Shown here: piece by piece, positions 12,899 to 25,320 of the stretch
Numbering within the stretch: position 1 is the stretch's first letter
Layout: each line of letters starts with the position of its first letter
NCBI RefSeq assembly: GCF_003918875.1
Contig: NW_025767346.1
Coordinates: forward strand, 2,728,001-2,792,000
Source of the DNA: Haliotis rubra
Taxonomy: Eukaryota
Direction of reading: 5' to 3'
DNA: 64,000 bases
Notes under the pieces: generated by a model
What the model was told of the DNA's origin: nothing
The model's input: the letters and a program-made list of their open reading frames with translations, nothing else
The model's database searches: none
Program-made: the position numbers and the translations under genes

Positions 12899-13519
12899 AT
12901 GAGGCTGTACCCAGTCGTGGAGGAAGTAGCGAAGACCCTGGAAACCGTAGACGGATTCCACTTGAGACAGTTATGTGAGGTAAAACGCCAACTAGAACAA
13001 GACCGTGACACGCGGAAAGCACTATATAAGAAGTTCCACAGAGCTGTCAATATCATGGACGGGACTGATACTGCCCTTATGGCAACCAGCATGGGACTAG
13101 GGGCGGCAGGTGTTGGGTTGTTAGCCACCATCATGGCCGCACCTATAGTGCTAGGCATTGAAATAACAGCTGGGATGGTAGGGTTGGCAGGGTTGGTGAT
13201 AAAGTTTGCATTACGCAGACTGCATCGTAAGGCATTGAAACACGATGAGATCAGGGTTGTAGCCGAAGCAAAGCTGAACACGGTAAGTGTGCGTATTTCC
13301 ACGGCACTCACTGACAGTAAGATCTCAGAGGAGGAATTTCTTCGTTCAATCCTCTCTGAACTCAACAAGTACCGTAAAATGAAACAAGAAAACCGGTCCA
13401 AGTCTCGTAAGTCTGCTATCAGCGAAGACGAGAAAATAAAGTACAAAGAACAGGGGGTACGAAAAGCCCAGCAAGACTTCATTACGAACACCAAAGAGAT
13501 CATACGCGATTCACATTAA
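12899..13519 (+). CDS. Intact 206-aa Polinton membrane-active protein (resembles the adintovirus 'GasderminX' class)
   Basis: LYP N-terminus, coiled coil (RKALYKKFHR), a ~45-aa Gly/Ala-rich hydrophobic hairpin, then KHDEI..AEAKLNTV...ISTALTDSKISEEEF...ELNKY. No stops or frameshifts. The family name is from recall. Confidence 0.65.
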   Translation: MRLYPVVEEVAKTLETVDGFHLRQLCEVKRQLEQDRDTRKALYKKFHRAVNIMDGTDTALMATSMGLGAAGVGLLATIMAAPIVLGIEITAGMVGLAGLVIKFALRRLHRKALKHDEIRVVAEAKLNTVSVRISTALTDSKISEEEFLRSILSELNKYRKMKQENRSKSRKSAISEDEKIKYKEQGVRKAQQDFITNTKEIIRDSH

Positions 13520-15335
13520 ACTGTTTCATCAAGGTCAACATGACATAGAGCTATCACGATAGTGCTACGTGATCAGGATCACGGTCATATTGACACGCGT
13601 GGCACAATAGTGTCACGTGTGGCCGGGAAGTTAACTGGGGATTCAAAAGTAGTATATAAGATGGGGGCGAGATCTAAGCGCCTGACAAAAGCTTTATTTG
13701 TGAAATAAAGCTTTACAGCGACCTTTCTTGAAAAGTGATCTCGTACCCCCAGTATATCTACTACTACAGGTATGTGTGTACATTTTCAAGAGCCATGGTT
13801 TTGATAGCTGTAAAGACAATGTGGGAATACTTCGTATTGGTGTCTATGTTATCATTAACATGAACAGTACACACACCCTTACCATCGCTCTACAGTTAGG
13901 CGATAGGCTTATTGCCTCCAGTAAACCTTCCCCTTCCGACTCTGTGTACATGTATGACCGTAGGTATCTTTTACTCAGACATTGCATCTGGTGTAACATG
14001 TAGATGTTATAGGTAATAAAATCTTCTTCGAGTGACATTTTAGAAGTAGGGACATGCACTATAGAACAAACATTATGGATACCAGCTTCATATATTTCGT
14101 AGGTGCAACGTGTCTATAGAGATTCTTGTACCGTTGTCAAGCGGAAATGTCACCTGTTGAGTAAGGTAATGTAATCATCAAGGAAGTAAATTGATCAGGG
14201 CAGGATTCTGAATGGTGGGTAAGACGACACATACAAGTGTGAATATTATACTTCCGAGCACAGTTGTGGCATGTTAGTCTACTGTTTTAAAAGAAAGATG
14301 GTTACCTTTGTATCTATATGTAATGGTAGATGAATCAATATGACAACATGAAATCTGTACAAATATGGACATCAGGAACATAAAAAGTAGTATGCATCAA
14401 CCGATGTTGTCTACACTTGTGATGATCAGTGACTGGAAACTGTGTGATGAACTCTCCCTTTGTTTTGTGTTGTCTTACACACCTGTAATCAGCACAGCGT
14501 GGTACCTGTACGCCAGTAGCTGATGTGTAAACTTAACTGACCATGTCCACTGACACTAACTACAGTTTTCCAAAATATTATTTGCTTAGTTTGTAAATTT
14601 AGTTTCATTAAAGTCAGTTTCATTCCGATTATTGTAACGGCCGTAGCATGTTCTTTTACACCATCGCGTGCACATGCAGTTTAGTTTGTTCATGGATGCT
14701 AAGAGTAATTCTCCAGATAAATATGTTGCTAAGCTTTGCAAATACTGTAAATCTTAGTGCAGATGGATTCCATCTAAAGCAATTGCTTTCATTGATAAAG
14801 GAACATGTTACACTTCTAGTTTTACCGTACGTTTATTGTTTGTGTCAGTTCATACACCGTACCAATGTTCAGACATGCAACATTTAAATCATTAATTTCA
14901 TTTAGGATTTGTTAGTCATATGTTATGTACTGAATTCAGTTATCTCCAGATCGATCATATCTTTAGTAAATTCACATAAATATGTTATAGGTAATGGAAA
15001 AAGTATTTTTGTTCTATATGCTATGTCTAACGTCACTGGGGTGAAACGAGATGGACATGTGTTTCATATTTCGTAAGTTATTGATCATGCAAGTAAGTTA
15101 TATACGAAACCAAAGATGTGTATATGAATGTATAAGAAATGGTACACATTTTCGTACTATGTAATGGCTTGATAATAGACAAGTTGTTTCAATGTGGCAA
15201 ATCTTTACTGCAACTAAACCACAGGAATTGTTTGATCTCAACTTAAAATATAACCATTACCAAGAGGGTTTCCATAACTAACGCCATACATATACATGTT
15301 TCAGGATCAGAAAGTCGCACCTGCTAGAAAGAAGA

Positions 15336-18300
15336 ATGAACCCGTGTGATCTTCTTTGTCTTCTGATCTTCATTACCCTCCTCTCTGGAAGTAAGAACAG
15401 ACACCATGCTGCCAGAGAAACCTAGTTTTCAAACAAACACTCTTTTCATTGTAAAGCTGCCATTGTATTGGTGTAAATTATCTTCGCAAATGAAGATACA
15501 CATCTATTTGTGAGATATGTATCATGTAACAAACATAAATTCGCAATCGGCATCAAGTCGTACAGTGTTTTAACGGGGGCCCAGTATCCAAACTGGTTCA
15601 TGAATAAGCAGAAAGGCAATAATGTACTGTAAAATAATTTGCTTGTGTGGGTATATTCATTCTTGCAGATCCTCAATTGAGTCTGCTTTTCAAATATCAG
15701 ATGTTCCACTTGTGTGTGCAGGCCAGTGGTACTATTTTGTTGCATTGATCAATTCTCTATTGTCAGTGTGCTGTACAGAAGAATGCATATGTGTACATCA
15801 TGCATGTTGTCGGTACACCAATTAAAACGAAGGACCTTGTTTCCAGGTCAAACATCGCCAGCACCGCCCGATACGTCCGCAGGTGGTGAGTGTTACAAAA
15901 ATGTAAAATAAAGCAACGGAGTGAGTTAGTATAGTTTTACAACGCACTCAGCAATATTCCAGTTATATGGCGGCGGTCTTTAAATAATCGATTCTGGACC
16001 AGACAATCCATGAATCAACAGCCCGAGCATCGATCTGCGCAATTGGGGACCGATGACATGTGTCAACCAAGTCAGCAAGTCTGACCACCCGATCCCGTTA
16101 GTCGCCTCTTACGACAAGCATGGGTTACTGAAGATCAGTTCTAACCAGGACCTTCACGAGTCGAAAGCAGCGGAATTTACTTAAAGGTCACATGCAACCA
16201 AAAACACAAACATAATTAAAACACAATTATCACTTTTTCACGACATTTAATATACATTGCTGATTATGAAGAAACAAATAAACAAATTTAAAAGCGTACA
16301 ATCGCAAATCAAAAGTGCAATATTTTGTACTCGGGTTTTCTTCCCTCGAAACGAAGCACCCGGGAGGCAGAACCTAGTCAGAGCGGGTGGGTGTGCACTC
16401 AAGTGTAACGAAGTCTTTCATTGGGTGGTTCATTTGCCGATACGCTAAGGGCTCATTGTGTGTGTATATAGAGATGTTGGGTTTTGTAAATACATGCTCA
16501 TTTTTTCTGCATTTGCGTTCGATCCAATCAACAAATACTGGGATGGTGAACTACTGCGTGCGTCCAAGTACAAAGCAGGACTTGAATTTTGATAATTTGT
16601 TACTGTAAGGCCATACCGAAAGGTATCAGAATCTGCAAAGTTGTGTTTTGCGTTGCAAGTGACCTTTAATTATCCTGATTGCATAGATAACGCTGGTATG
16701 ACTGCTTACACATGTACCCCACATGTGATGCTGAAGCAGTTGCCCTGGAACATATTTCAGCCAACGGTGGCCATATACATTCGGACTGAATTTTTTCCTC
16801 TTTAACGTCATTCTTCTGTCGTGTCCTTCGCTCTGTTCTTGATTGTTGTTTCGGGTAAAATACAGTGTCATGGTTTGAGCATTAATATCATGGGTAGCTA
16901 TTCTCGGAACGTTCGTAGCCTTACAAACCTCTTAAGCCCATTCCTAACACATTGGCTACGATCAAAGTTAAGAATTCTTAGGGCTTCGAACGTTTCGGGA
17001 ATAAGGGCCCTGATCTCAACTCTACTTATATATATAGTATGACCAGAAATTATTGAGAATTAAGGAATAGGTTTAATTGGATTTCTAGTATAAACAACCT
17101 TGACCAGCTATCAAGTGCTTGGTTTCATTCAAGAGAGACAACTCCGTTAATCCTTTTTCATAAGTTTGTGAAGAGCTATCCCCCTTTTTTTACTTGCTAG
17201 CAGACGACACTTCCTCAGTATGGATGATTTAGAGAAGAGGAAGCTGATTTTAGAGTATTATAACAAGGACGTCAGATCAGCTAAAGTGATTTCAAGTAGA
17301 ACAGGCATCCCTTTGTCCACTGTTTATCGTTTGTTGAAACATATTGCAAATGGATATGGCATTGAGCACCAGGGAGGCGCAGGTAGGCCCAGAAAATTGA
17401 CTGTCGGTGACAGGAGGCGGCTTGGTATTCTTGTTTCTAAAAACAAACGAAGGACTTTAGAAAACTTAAGGCTGGATATGATTAATACAGAACCTGTGGC
17501 TGTATGTCAGGAGACAATTAGAACTGAGCTGCATGCAATGGGTTGGCAGAAAAGTCGAGGAATTCCATCACCGATCATGAAACCTGAACAAAAGGAGTGA
17601 AGGTTGAACTGGTGCTTACAGCATAGAAATTTTAACTGGGATAATGTGATTTTCTCAGATGAAAGTTCTGTGTGGCTGTTTCCTAATACACTGAAAGTCT
17701 GGACCAAACAAACTGAAAAACCTTTGTATCAGCGCCCAAAGTACAGTCCGAAATTTAACGTTTGGGGTGGCATATCTGTGTTAGGGACAACGCTCCTCTG
17801 TGTATTTGAAGGGAATATGAACAGTGAACGGTACACAGATATTCTCGAGGGACATTTACTTCCATCTGCTCACGTGTTCTAAGGAAAGTTTTGGATTTTC
17901 TAACAGGACAACGATCCAAAACATCGTTCAAAGCATTCACAGGCCTTGTTTCGGACCCAAAATATGACATTTTTAGATTGGCCAAGCTATAATCCTGACC
18001 TACATCCAGAAAATGTTTGGGGACTTATGAAGGAAAGTGTCAATACGAAAAATCTGACAAATATTGCTGAAATGAAAGAAGAGGTGGTCCGATATTGGGA
18101 CAGCATGGACCACGACTTTCTATCTTTTTTTTTGATCAGTAGTATGCCCCGCCGCATTGAAGCCTGCATTGCTGCCCATGGTGACTTGACAAAATACTAA
18201 CTGTTCACCTGTCTTTGAATCTGGAGTTATGTTCTGCTAATATTCACATTTACAATCTTTAAATTCTCAATAATTTCTGGTTGTACTGTATTATCTCCGT

Positions 18301-21150
18301 CAGTTGTTAGTGCATTCAGAAAACGTCTGTTTATTCCAGTACAATGTGTGATGCCCATTTCTGGTGTCCCCCCGCCGTGATATTGCTGGAATATTGCTAG
18401 AAGTGGCGTAAAATTAAACTCACTCACCCCGTTATCCCATGTAATGTTCATCAGACCTATGTGTGAAGTATCATCCGGCTGTACCCCTATCACACAGATA
18501 TATAAGGACGGTAAATGTCACAGAACTTGGGTATGTAAAGTAAAGTAATTAAGACTGGGTCTCGGCAGTGACAGAACGAATTAAGAAAGATCAGTGTAAA
18601 CAGTGCACAGTTACATGTAACTCCCAGTCTCCCATCCCTCGATCACTTTTAGTTTTAGTGATTTCTATAATGACGTCACTCTTGTAAGGCGTTACTACCA
18701 ACTAGGTCACGTTGAGGGGCAAGGGTATATGCGACCAGAACATTTCCAAATGTTCTATAAAGAGGGTGAGATGCTTATCCTTTAGTTCTTACACAAGAGT
18801 GTTTATGGACCGATATATTGACTATTTGTAGCTTACCTAAAACTCATAAATGAAGTCAGTTAGACATGACAGGATCCGCAGTTGTGGGTTCAAATCTTTT
18901 TAACATTCTTCCCACAGAAAGATAATATTATTTTACGCCGCATTGAAACAAACTCGGTTGTTCCTCCTATACAGAATAGCCTCAGCTCTTTGTCGTATTT
19001 TAACAGGGTTAATAGCATTATACTGATAATATATTTCTCCTCATTTTGCGATATTGTACAAACGTCATATATTTGTCCTTATATATGACATTTGTGATGT
19101 AGTCATCATTGTTAGGGTGTACTCAACGATTGGTACTTAAAGAGTTAAAAAATATAGCACATTCCTGAATTGTTAACGTTTCTTAATAAATTTAACGTGA
19201 TAAAAAGACAAGTTTGTAATGCAATTGAGCTACTGTGTACACAGACGAGGTAAATTTCATATTCAAGAAACATAAGTAGGTTTGTTAGTAATTGTTACAC
19301 ATTTTAAGGAATGCACAATATTTCAAATCACAGCACCACAGAAGCAGGAGTGGTTATAGGTGTGTGTATAATGCTGGTTGTGGATGGCGTCTTGCTGTAT
19401 GTGGCGTACCTCTTCAGGGACGAAATAGCAGACTGCATAGGTAAGTATGAAACAAATGGTTTTTTTTATTTAAACTTTTATTTCAAAGTAAATACAAACA
19501 AATATAGTTTATTGCAAGTTCCAGTGCGTCAAGAAATGAAAAATGACGAAATCTGTAGGAAATGGACCATTCTTTCAGGTTCTGAGAATTACAATGGATC
19601 TCATTTTGACATATACATAAAAAAATAGTATGTAAGTTGACACTTGATGCAATGACTTCCACAGTTGATAACATGTTGAGACAGCAGAATACGATGATGT
19701 TTAAGTCCTCCACAGATCATTAGCGGTCATTAGTTTCTCAATACATGGCAGCATGATACAGTACACGGGGGTGTCTCGGGATTTTATACTCCAGGCAGAA
19801 GCTGCACTCATCAGGGAAGACAACTTGGTGGCAGTTGTAGCCTCAGTTCACTCACTGACAGATGAAAAACTGGTGTTATACATAACGATCATCTCCTGAG
19901 TGTGGTCTACTCGTAGTTTGTGTATGACAGCGACGTTTGTAAACGCCTGGCGACAGTCTACATCAGCCATCCTTCTTCGTACTTTTGATAATTTCTTGCT
20001 CATAGTATTAATGAAACATTTCAATTTTTTCAGGAGTCAAGAAAGCCAGAAATACAAATGTGCCAGTAATGTCCAAGTAGGTGTACCTTTTACAATTAAT
20101 GCTTTGAGCCATTTATAACTACGAAACTAAAATATGAATGATTTATGAAATTTCGGTAATTAAAACTAGTTTGTTAGTAAAATACCTTTAATATATATGC
20201 AGCTGATTTTAAATGTCAGCAATATATGAACATCAGTTGGATACAATAATACAAATGATCAGGTTTAAATAATGAACAGATGCGTCAGTAATGTCCAAGT
20301 AGGTGCATTTTTCTACAATGAATGTTTTGAAGCCTTCATAAATATTTCATTAAAATGTGAATCATTTATGCTATTTCACAAATTGAAACTAGTTTCTTGA
20401 AGAGTTTGAACGCGTCCTAATTTTGTCGCCATTACACATATTCCCTCTCAACCATTACAGCATACAGTCTCCTCAGTCCACAGTGATCGCACCTGCCGAA
20501 ATCCAAAGACAAGGTGAGCGTTGGTCAACGTAAAAGATTACTATAGACGTTTCCGACTGAGGAAAGCTAAATGGTGAAATAAGAGAGTAAAACGGCTCCC
20601 TATATAAGACATGACTGCAGAGGATTGAGTGGTTAGACGCTGATGTGTCCAATTGTGCAGTGCTTAGCTTTCAGTCTCTGCTTAGTCCTTGTTTAGGATA
20701 GATGTTTTAGATGCCGTTGTGACAAGCGGAATGTTCCTAACAGTGGCATCGCTCACTCACTCACTCACTCACTCACTCACTCACTCATTCACCTACACAT
20801 CCACACACTCACTCACTCAACCAACCCACACACTCACTCACTCACCCAACCTACTCTCTCACTCACTCACTCAACCACACACTCACTCACTCACTCACTC
20901 ACTCACCCAACCCACTCACTCACTCACTCATTCACTTATAAATGTGTCTTCATATGTTCCGTAATACCTCGCTGTCCTTTCAAAGATAAATGTGTCGGAG
21001 TGGCAATGAAAACTGACTATATGTGTCTATGTAGGTGGAGGCGACGAGTACGAAGTACCAGTGGACAGAAATGATTACGAATCCCTACAGAGAGCAGCTG
21101 CTGACGTCCCCAACACTTATGAGAAGATACGGACATACCAGAATGTGTGA
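15336..21150 (+). CDS. Gene 1: Ig-less single-pass membrane protein (signal peptide, ~15-aa ectodomain, Asp-containing TM, four-tyrosine ITAM-like tail), ~134 aa
   Basis: Hand-spliced GT-AG exons: 15336-15390 (MNPCDLLCLLIFITLLSG), 15847-15885 (SQTSPAPPDTSAG), 19342-19440 (EAGVVIGVCIMLVVDGVLLYVAYLFRDEIADCI; an alternative in-frame acceptor lies at 19309), 20034-20076, 20461-20513, 21035-21150 (GGDEYEVPVDRNDYESLQRAAADVPNTYEKIRTYQNV*). Phases are compatible, total 405 nt, and each exon is homologous to an exon of genes A-C. Confidence 0.72.
15919..16162 (-). mobile_element. SINE-like retroposon with (TCAC)n tail (family 1)
   Basis: TSD aaagca(a/g)cgga; near-identical copies at 21181 and 27283. 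Confidence 0.85.
16185..16665. mobile_element. Non-autonomous DNA transposon with TTAA TSD (Kolobok-like)
   Basis: TTAA|AGGTCACATGCAAC ... GTTGCAAGTGACCT|TTAA. Confidence 0.8.
16892..17010. mobile_element. Small MITE
   Basis: Terminal inverted arms tattctcggaacgttcgtagcc / ggcttcgaacgtttcgggaata. Confidence 0.55.
17035..18288 (+). mobile_element. Tc1 (DD34E) transposon, full length, transposase inactivated
   Basis: TA TSD and ~27-bp TIRs (accagaaattattgagaatt). Transposase 17220-18200 has HTH, GRPRK, FSDES, VWGGIS, QDNDPKH and WPSYNPDLHPENVW motifs with internal stops. Confidence 0.93.
20752..20935. repeat. (TCAC)n microsatellite
   Basis: Direct inspection. Confidence 0.9.
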
Positions 21151-21180
21151 AACAAGGAGACACTGACTATCAACTACCAA

Positions 21181-21454
21181 GAGTGAGTGAGTGAGTTTAA
21201 TTTTTACGCCGCACTCAGCAATGTTCCAGCTATATGGCGGCGGTCTGTAAATAATCGAGTCTGGACCAGACAATCCAGTGATCAACAGCATGAGCATCGA
21301 TCTGCGCAATTGGGAACCGATGACATGTGTCAACCAAGTCAGCGAAACTGACCACCCGATCCCGTTAGTCGCCTCTTACGACAAGATAGTCGCCTTTTTT
21401 ATGGCAAGCACATGGGTTGCTGAAGACCTATTCTACCCCGGATCTTCACGGGTC
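21181..21454 (-). mobile_element. SINE family 1 in the 3' UTR of gene 1
   Basis: TSD tcaactaccaagagtga on both sides. Confidence 0.88.
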
Positions 21455-21666
21455 TCAACTACCAAGAGTGACTTTTACAATCAATGTCCAGTGGACATTT
21501 GCTCAGAAGTCAATGGAAACTCTAACGTTTGATCATAAAAATAGAAATTCAGTTGTATCTACTGAACATTAATTACTGCAATATTTTATGTTTCTTGTGA
21601 CAAGCAGTTGCCCTTAATACATAATGATATCACATGCAAGGATTTCATAAAGCTTGTAGATATAAA

Positions 21667-21826
21667 TGAGTGAATTTAATTTTACGCCGCTTTCAGCAAT
21701 ATTCCAGCAATATCACTACGGGGGACACCAGCAATGGGCTTCACATATTGTGCACAAGTGGGGAATCGGATTCAGGTCTTCGGCGTAACGAGCAAACGCC
21801 TTAACCACTAGGCTACACCACCGCCC
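21667..21826 (-). mobile_element. tRNA-derived SINE (family 2)
   Basis: Reverse complement has A-box ggtgtagcctagtggttaa and the shared 3' tail gatattgctggaatattgct...gcggcgtaaa. Confidence 0.82.
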
Positions 21827-22640
21827 TGGTAGATATTATTTAACCCTCATATGTTTAAGGTCAAAACGTCCGAACATCACCATCATGTTCAATCTTATTC
21901 TTTGGTTTGTTGTTGTTTACTCAGCAACACTGAATCTATATCAGCGCGGTCTGTCAATAATTGATTGTTGACCAGACAATACAGTGATAGACATCGCGAG
22001 CATGAATCTACGTAGCAGGAAGGATATGGGGAAAAAAGAAAATATGATCTATATCTCAATATAAAACGTACATATGTGTAATCTACACGTTGAGTCTTGC
22101 TTTAGCAAAATGTGTTCAAATAAATATTTATATTCAAATATAAATATAGTGTGTATTTATGAACCAGTGAGCGCTCAAGTTTACATGAACCATTCCGAGT
22201 GCTTACAATCGGAAAACTATACTCGGTACTATCAGGTATACCGATGTTTCACAAGGCAAGTTGTGAATCTTTGCCATAGCAACTGCCAATGTCATTTCAC
22301 TTGACTTTTCGTTATTTCGTTTGTTTCGACATTTACCATAAAACATAAGGTAAGCACCTGCTTGTAGTGGCACGTCTTGATTCAACGCCTGGACAAACAT
22401 CAGATTCATTTACCTCATTAACCATAACTCATAAATTAAGCAAATGCTTTCATGTCTTGATGAAATTCAAGGTCAAACGAGAGATGATACAAAGCATATA
22501 CATAGTACTGTGCTGCACTTTTTTATTCAGATCAAGAATTCATTTCTCAAACTCATTCTTACGTGCTTTATGAATAGCAACAATATTTTACAACAAACTA
22601 CACTTTGATCACTTCCATTAAGATTTCTACATTAACAGTA

Positions 22641-22995
22641 CCGCCTCCGTGGTGTAGTGGCTAGAGCGTGCGTCCGGAGAGCGGAAGGACGCGGGTTCGA
22701 TCCCCGACCGCGTCATACCAAAAGACGTTAAAGCATGGTACTTGTTGGTCCCTGCCTGGCGCTCGGCATAATGGGTACAACAAGGACTGGTCGGCTCGGA
22801 GTCAGTATACTGTGTCTGAGTGGGGTATTTCTGCTTCACTGCTGCATGGTATCTCAGTGGGCTAGCACTATAAAACCAGCTTAAGTCTGGGCTAGTAGAA
22901 GCAGCCGCACATACACAAACACACGCATGCACGTCGTCATATGAGCGAAATATTCTCAAGCACGACGTTATACCAAATTTCACCTCACCTCACCT
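22641..22995 (+). mobile_element. tRNA-derived SINE with a Meta-domain-like core
   Basis: A-box tggtgtagtgg, B-box gggttcgatccc, then gtcataccaaaagac...atggtac...cctgcctggcgctcggcat and a (cacct)n tail. Confidence 0.75.
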
Positions 22996-23439
22996 TATTT
23001 TGTACTTTAAGCTTCTGCCAATCATGTATGCGGTGCCCTATCCTTTATTGTATTGTACGTTAATTGTTTTATTCTTACCTTGAACGCCAACCTACTACCA
23101 TTATATGCATTGTTTTATTCTTGTTTTTCTGTTAAGAAAATAACCTGTATATCGTTTTGATCTTATCCTGAACTTGAAGCTACTAAGTTGTCTATGAATT
23201 GTTTTGTTCTCATCCTGTACCTGAAACTACTAGCCTGTGTGCTCTGTTTACTATTCTGTACAACAACAGTAACGCGTTGCATGTACTTATTTGTACGTTA
23301 TGTCAAGCTACTATCCAGTGTAAGTACAGTATGCTCTGATCTTTATGTCAAGCTACAACTTCCACAATATTTTCTTCTTCATCTAAATGTCAAACTACGC
23401 TAAGCAATATGTCTATTTTTAGCTAATTTGTGTCTTTCT

Positions 23440-24050
23440 CGCGTGTGTATTACTTGTCCTGTATGACAAGCTACAACCTTGCGGCTGCTTTGTTTCTTTA
23501 ATGTATATGAAGGCACAATCCTGTGTATGCTTTGTTTCACCCTCATCCTGTATGTCAAGCTACAACCTTGCGCCTGCTTTTTTTTGTTTCTATAATGTAT
23601 ATGAAGCCATAATCCTGTGTATGCTTTGTTTCACTCTTGTCCTGTATGACAAGCTACAACCTTGCGGCTGCTTTCTTTTGTTTCTATAATGTATATGAAG
23701 GCACAATCCTGTGTATGCTTTGTTTCACTCTTGTCCTGTATGACAAGCTACAACCTTGCGGCTGCTTTCTTTTGTTTCTATAATGTATATGAAGGCACAA
23801 TCCTGTGTATGCTTTGTTTCACTCTTGTCCTGTATGACAAGCTACAACCTTGCGGCTGCTTTCTTTTGTTTCTATAATGTATATGAAGGCACAATCCTGT
23901 GTATGCTTTGTTTCACTCTTGTCCTGTATGACAAGCTACAACCTTGCGGCTGCTTTCTTTTGTTTCTATAATGTATATGAAGGCACAATCCTGTGTACGC
24001 TTTGTTTCACTCTTATCCTGTTTGTCAAGCTACAACCTTGCGGCTGCTTT
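23440..24050. repeat. 94-bp tandem repeat (dimer of a ~47-bp monomer); degenerate monomers extend ~23100-24300
   Basis: Identical ORF starts at 23662, 23756, 23850 and 23944. Confidence 0.92.
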
Positions 24051-24689
24051 GTTTTGTTCCTATCTTGTATGTCAAGCTACAATCTCGTGTATGCTTTGTT
24101 TCGTTCCTATCCCGTATGTCAAGCTACGGTCCTATGTATGCTTTGTCAAGCTACAATCCGGTGCATGCTTTGTTTTATTTCGTATCCTGTAGCAAGCTAC
24201 AATCCTGTACATGCTTTCCTTTGCCATAAACCTTATATTATGCAACAAATCTGTAATTCAAATATTTATACCTTTATCCTTGTTTCAACGTACTCACTTG
24301 GATATGCATTGTTTTGTTTTACGCCACGTTGTTAGTTTCCTGCGTCTATGGTCTCAGTGCCTCCAGAAATTCTGGACTTAATGGCACCCTAAACACAAAG
24401 GTCAGACTTGTTAACAACTCCCTGTGTTTACTGCAGGACCTGTTTTGCATCAAACCATATGAAATCGTCTCAACGTTCATCTGTTACATGACTGCATAAT
24501 TTTACCCCAACATACAATATTTAAAGTAAATAGGAGCTCCTTAGCCCATACTGGATAATTGTAAAACTTTCACGTGGTAACTGGAGTGACCTGAAAAAAA
24601 CATGTGTAACTGCATGTCGAACAGATTGTACGATTTCCGACTCCTCTTGTGCCGGCGACCGCAGGTGTATGTGCCACTTGAAAGGAATG

Positions 24690-25320
24690 CTCAGCTCTGC
24701 TGGTGTATCTCTGAGATGTATCCCCTGAGCACATGCTCATGTATCTCTGAGCTGCAATTTCGTCCAGTTCATGAATTGTTTAGATGGAACCACGCTAACC
24801 CCACGTAGGTCTGAGCTGCACATTTGTTCATTTATCTCTGAGTGGAACATCGATAAGCTCCCGTTTGTCAACTTGAAAAACGGGAGTCAGCTCATGTATG
24901 TCTCAGCTGTGGGTCCGCTCAGTTCAGGTGCGTCTGAGCTGAAACTCCGACCAGCTCATGCATCTCCCCACAGCTCATAAGTGTGAATTTGAACCCCGCT
25001 GAGCACACGCATGTGAACTGCAGTGCTGCTCAGTTCATGTATGTCTGAGCTGTAACTCCGCGCAGCTCCTGTCTACCTGAACTTGACCTCCGCTCAGTTC
25101 CTATATCTCAGGGCTGCTACTCCCACCAGCTCATGTATCTCTAGGATAAAGCTTCCCAAAGCTCATGTATGGGACTTGAACTCCCACACAGCTCAGCTCA
25201 TATCATGTTTGACTGTGCTTGAACTCCGCATACCTGAGGTAAACCTAAGTTAGACCGCCACTCAGATCTATGTCTGAGCTGGAACTCATCTCCATTCCTG
25301 CATGCCTGAGCTCCCAGATT
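24690..25320. repeat. Degenerate tandem repeat (gctcatgtatctctgagctg core)
   Basis: Motif recurs roughly every 30-35 bp. Confidence 0.65.

Larger units (their letters stand above)
6515..13765. mobile_element. Polinton/Maverick (adintovirus-like) element, internally deleted, 7.25 kb
   Basis: ~230-bp TIRs (6515-6743 and 13534-13765) with AGTAGT...ACTACT termini. 5-bp TSD CCAGG/ACAGG; the empty site catgtACAGGtatgtg is visible in paralogues at ~42860 and ~52760. Contains rve integrase, protein-primed PolB and penton-like remnants. Confidence 0.93.

Noticed and set aside
12874-13503. 209-aa minus-strand ORF
   Set aside because: It is the antisense shadow of the 206-aa Polinton ORF.
13770-14200. 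Conserved upstream block (also ~34280, ~42870, ~54360) as a coding exon
   Set aside because: Indels and stops differ among the copies in every frame. It is treated as duplicated non-coding or ancient decayed sequence.
20280-20298. Extra 19-nt micro-exon in gene 1 (partial duplicate of exon 20034-20076)
   Set aside because: Inclusion would shift the frame of the conserved tail, so it is left out of the model.
22641-22712. tRNA gene
   Set aside because: The A and B boxes run straight into a SINE core and tail, and there is no proper acceptor stem.
23501-24335. Cys-rich hydrophobic ORFs
   Set aside because: They are translations of the 94-bp tandem repeat.
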